64,000 nt of DNA from Antedon mediterranea (taxonomy: Eukaryota; Animalia; Echinodermata): positions 27,590,001-27,654,000 of the forward strand of contig NC_092674.1 in assembly GCF_964355755.1 (NCBI RefSeq), read 5' to 3'. The notes below the pieces were generated by a model. That model did not search any database and had not been told where the DNA came from. It worked only from the letters and a program-made list of their open reading frames with translations. Shown one piece after another: positions 59,304-64,000 of this stretch (position 1 is the first letter of the stretch; the number at the start of each line of letters is the position of its first letter). The translations under genes and the position numbers were made by a program.

Positions 59304-62238
59304 ATGGAAATAGCTCGTAACATAAGCTATACTCATGGCGCCTGTGACGTCCCATACATTGGGTTAACCTGCCATGAGATACTGGAGAAAAGAGCCGAAG
59401 AAATTCCAGATCAACCGATGTATATCTTCTACAGCGACCAGGAAAGAGTCACATTCAGTGAGTTTAAGATTAAGGTATGATAGTTAACGTTCTTATGTAA
59501 ATTATATGCTAGTAAATCTCTGTCTATATCGAACTAGATTGACAACAACAAAATATGATAGTGATATGCCCAAATATGGTAGTGATATGACATCATCGTG
59601 TCCATATATGGGCACATCACATTTTTTTGTCACATAAAGTTTGATAATGTAGACAGAGCTTAAGAAAACAAATTTGAGCTGAATGAAAACTGCCGTAATA
59701 TAGATCCTGTTACAGTGACTCCATTATTATTTTTTGTTTACTAAGACAATTTTAACTAAACTTTGCTGTTTCTTTTAGGTTGAAGGATTGGCCGCTGGTC
59801 TGTTGGGACAGGTTCTAAAGAAAGTTCATAATTTTTACTAAAACATACTTAAACATTGGTGTTTTTTTAGGTTGAAGGATTGGCCGCTGGTCTGATGGGA
59901 CAGGTTCTAAAGAAAGTTCATAATTTTTACTAAAACATACTTAAACATTGGTGTTTTTTTAGGTTGAAAGATTGGCCGCTGGTCTGTTAGGACAGGGTCT
60001 AAAGAGAGGAGATTGTGTTGCAGCATTGGGAAGTAATCATATGGAATGGCCCCTTCTCATTGCAGCAACAAGGGCTATTGGGGTGATCATGGTGAGTAGG
60101 CCTATGGTTGATATTATAGGAAATATGCCTATCTTTCTCACGTAAACATTTATATTTCTAACCTAAGCCTTTCTCTACACTATAAAACTTAAAGGTCTGT
60201 CTACACTATAAAACTAGTTTGACAAACTGATGTGCCTAAACATGGTAGTTATATGCTTAAATATGGCAGTGATATGACATCATCGTGTCCATTATGGGTA
60301 CATCACATTTCTGTCACAAAGTTTGATAGACTGTGTAGACAGCACTTTAGTTTGCAAACTCTGCGTTCCAAAGTGTGTAAGAAGCCTCCACTGTGCTACG
60401 TGGCACTAACTTCTCCAAACACTAATCGTGGTACACAAGTTTGCTAGTAGCATAGACTAGGCTTACGATCGTTTTGCTATCGTATTTATTGAATAGATAT
60501 TGTTGTAAATTGTTAAACTGATTCTATTTCAGATCAGAATGCAAACGGGCTATACAATTCAAATAATGAAAAAGACCATGATAAAGGTATCTAAAATACA
60601 GAATTTATATGTGGTTGCTGTAATCTTTTGTACTTATGATGGCCAACATAATGAAAAAGATATGTAATCATTATATAAACTAGGTTAAGTTGCTATATTG
60701 GAGCTAGGCCTACACATGTAACGATACGATTCTAAAATAAAGTGTTAGTATAAATGAAAATAATAATAGTTCATTCTTATATAGCGCATTATAAACAAGC
60801 TTTCAATGCGCTGCACATTATTACCCCGGTCCTAATATTATTTTCAGACTTCATGTAAAGCATTGTTCCTCATGCGAAGTCCCGAAGATTTATACACGAA
60901 AGCTTGTACCATAATACCAGAACTAGAGAAAAGTGAACATGGAAAAATACAATCGGATGAGTAGGGAATCTGTATTTTCTTTTATTAGCATTATAGTATT
61001 TGTGTACCTTAGTATGCGTTTATGGAGTAAGCTCTGTGTACACTATCAACTATAGTAAAAAAAAGAAAAATGATGTGCCCATTTATGGACATGATGATGT
61101 CGTATCACTACCATATTTGGGCACATAACACTTGTCAAACTAGTTTGATAGTGTAGACAGAGCTTAAGTATTTGTGCGACGTGTGATTTGATGATAAAAT
61201 GAAAACATTTTGGTGATAGTGTGGTGTAAAATGAAAATGAAAAAGAGGCATTGTTTGATGGTGGTGAATATGACAATTTACAATACAATGTTTCGAAAGA
61301 TTTATCAATGTAATGTGGCGGTGTACTAATATCACTTTATAATTATTACATTTAATTAGAAGTATTTTTATTTTCACATCTATGTCGATTTTCAGAGTTG
61401 CAAGAGTGCAGTTTGTCGTAGCAGTAGGCGCCAATAACAAACGGTAAGTGATGCAATTCGTCAATTACTCGAAGACGTTAGCGCACGCGTTTGAAAAGTA
61501 GGCCTAGTCGGGGGCCTATAGTACAATCATCAGTTTTTAAACGCGCGCAGGCCCGTTAAACGTATTTTGCTCTGAGATAAAACATATAAAAATACCAGTA
61601 CCCAGACGTCAATACGGGTTTATAGTTCAGAAAGAAGGTATTATTTTTCGAAAAGTATGGTTAAAACGGTAACTGTTTTCTTAGGGGAACAATTAATCTT
61701 GAACACCTAGTTGAAGTTGGAAATGAAGAGAGATTCATGACCGCATTCAAGCAGGCCAGGAAGTTGGTATCAAATGACGACATTTCACACACAGGGTTTA
61801 CCTCAGTGAGTTTTTATATTAAATATTGTACCACATCGTCACATTATAGATACGCTACACTCTGGAGTTTGCTATGCGATTAAATTACCGTACTATTGCA
61901 TGCCATGTGACCCACAATCGTCCAATCAAATGACAGAAATTCATTAAGGTGTTATATAATAAATGTTGCACCACTCGTCACATTATAGATATGCTATACC
62001 AGATGTGGGTTAAACTCTACTACGTGAGGAGAAAAGATTTCATATTATTCAAGATGTTTAGTTACCATATTTGGCAATAATAACAACATTAAGATTATAA
62101 TATATAATTATATTTGTTATGATTTTTTTTCTACAGGGTTCTACCGGGGAACCAAAACTTGTTCCGTATACGCACTTTGCAAGTTTGAATAGTTCATATT
62201 TCTCTCTTGATTATCTTCTAAAAGTAAAGGAAAGGAAT
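59304..62238 (+). CDS. ACSF2: ACSF2-like acyl-CoA synthetase (AMP-binding family), 5' part; gene presumably continues beyond the window
   Basis: Exons 59304-59474, 59963-60091, 60533-60586, 60848-60960, 61396-61443, 61685-61805, 62137-62238, phases consistent. Motifs ISYTHG, VTFSEFKIK/VERLAAGLLGQGLKRGDCVA, TSCKALF and the AMP-binding motif FTS/GSTGEPK. Intron positions follow those I recall for vertebrate ACSF2. Confidence 0.88.
59765..60005 (+). repeat. 92-bp tandem repeat triplicating the 3' splice site and start of ACSF2-like exon 2
   Basis: TTTTAG/GTTGAA(G/A)GATTGGCCGCTGGTCTG begins at 59779, 59871 and 59963. Confidence 0.92.
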
Positions 62239-62626
62239 GTAAGTATCACGAGTATTGTTCCTAAAAAGAAAGTAAAGAAAATGCTGTGACCCGTAAAGCT
62301 CTCTTATCCTACCATAAGGGAAAAAAATGAGAAAAAAAAAGAGTAAAGTATACTTTCACTTTTGATTAAAACACTTTGTTTCAGCGTCGTGCTAATTTAC
62401 TTTTTATTAGAGGTCACCGTTGCCGTTGCTGTCTGCAAATTTCTATGAGTTGCGAAATGAATAGCCTATTTTCACCTGAAATGCATTTTAGTCCCTGAAT
62501 GTAACATGATATTGACGCGTGTATCGTACCCATACTCGGGGCACGAACTATTTGTACAAAGGCCATACAACCGCGTAGGCATACCTATTGTTTAGATCGC
62601 TGGCAGTCAGCAATCATAAATAAAAG

Positions 62627-63710
62627 GGGTGTCACGAAACCTAAGATCACGAAAGCTAAGACCCCCTAAGACCTAAGATCACGAAAGCTAAGACCCAAGA
62701 CCTAAGATTACAAATTCTAAGATATACTACAGCTTAAAAACAATACTTGTTTATCCATACATAATTTTAAACACAGTAGGTTTCATTTATTACCATAAAT
62801 ATAATTTAATACTACCGCAAAACACAGATAAACTCACATTATTTTCGCCCGTTGAGTAAATGTATATTTTTTCTTTACAACAAACAAACTTGACGGGTTG
62901 TTTGTTGGTATATATTTACTCCAATGTGTTGGTTCAGAGGATGTTTTTCTTACGCACCTGCCTTTCTTGTATTTTGACTCCAAATTTGTTTACTAACTTT
63001 ATCCTGAATACCACACTTTAAAATTAGGACTTATAAGTACTTTCAGAAGGAGAAACACATAATAACAAATAAATAAATCCTTTAAATTGATGATTTTACA
63101 GACGTGTTTCTTTGTATACAGCACTGTAATGTAACTCCTCGAGCTCCCCATGCTCAATGTTTTTGTTTCTATGGAGCGCCAAAAGAGCAACAATAATTGT
63201 ACAAGTATAAAAACAGAAAGAAAACGAAACAAAAAAACTTCTAATGATTTTTAAGTTAAAATGTATTTGCCAGTATTTATTTCTTCGTACTTGGATGATT
63301 ATACTATTATCATTACAATTTTAATTTTACATTATTGTTCCTTCCACACTTTAGATGGACTCCACAGAGTTTTCAGCCCTCTATATAATTTTTGCTCTTT
63401 TGACGTTCCATAGAAACAAAAACATTGAACATGGGGTAGGCCTACCAGTGTACTGTAGGCTAGTCATTTTGTGTGCGAGAAAAACGTCTGTAAAATCATC
63501 AATTTAAAAATGTATTTGTTACTTTTTATGTGATTCTTTTTCATGAAAGTGCCAATTCTAAGGTGTGGTATTCAGAATGAATGTTGGGAGTTAAAATACA
63601 AGGCAGGTGCGAAAGATAAATATTTGTAATCTTAGGCCTTGGGTCTTAGCTTTCGTGATCTTAGGTCTTAGCGGGTCTTAGCTTTCGTGTTCTTAGGTTT
63701 CGTGACACCC
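62627..63710. mobile_element. Mutator-like foldback element, 1084 bp, within the ACSF2-like intron
   Basis: About 88-bp TIR starting GGGTGTCACGAAACCTAAGA, built from CTAAGA sub-repeats. TAAATAAAAG duplicated on both flanks. Further degenerate internal inverted arms. Confidence 0.88.
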
Positions 63711-64000
63711 TAAATAAAAGTGTATATATGTCAAAAATGGAACGCCGTGGTTACAGATAATCATCATATAGAGGATAATAATGTTAATAATAATGGTACA
63801 CTAACTGTGGTAACTGTGTACTGTGGTAGTATACATTAGCAACCGATTTTTTTTCCTAGGTCACCCACCTAACTGTATCAATACCTATTTATATTTAATT
63901 TCTTCAAGAAATTGATGTAAATAAATATTGAGCTATAATAAGCATTACATTTTCGCTTTTTTGGGGGCTTCCCCTTGATGTACGTTCGCATTGAACTTGA

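Noticed and set aside
63860-63900. Acceptor-like TTTTCCTAG as the next ACSF2-like exon
   Set aside because: The phase-0 frame stops after 12 codons with no convincing family similarity.

Overview
AT-rich, intron-rich animal genomic DNA. By inference it is an invertebrate deuterostome, plausibly an echinoderm. Four protein-coding genes can be rebuilt by hand from GT-AG sites with consistent phases. (1) A complete 9-exon soluble guanylate cyclase alpha subunit (minus, 45807-17901, 647 aa). (2) A divergently oriented 8-exon Hsc70-interacting protein ST13/Hip (plus, 48654-55136, 443 aa). (3) A complete 4-exon sarcalumenin-like gene (minus, 53421-51035, 449 aa, signal peptide, C-terminal KIEL) nested antisense inside ST13 intron 5. 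(4) The 5' part of an ACSF2-like acyl-CoA synthetase (plus, from 59304, presumably running past the window end). The rest is intronic or intergenic and rich in non-autonomous elements: three AGCT-terminated MITE families with TTA/TAA target duplications, a hAT-like MITE, a Mutator-like foldback, a CORE-like SINE, Penelope-type terminal fragments (one with a minimal hammerhead ribozyme core), a 57-bp satellite bracketed by inverted repeats, and tiny CATGGAG palindromes with 7-bp target duplications. The most notable items are the nested gene, two repeat-driven splice-site duplications, the satellite inside a transposon-like shell and the hammerhead. I see no evidence of a wholly new multi-gene system. 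All homology calls come from recalled family motifs, not database searches.
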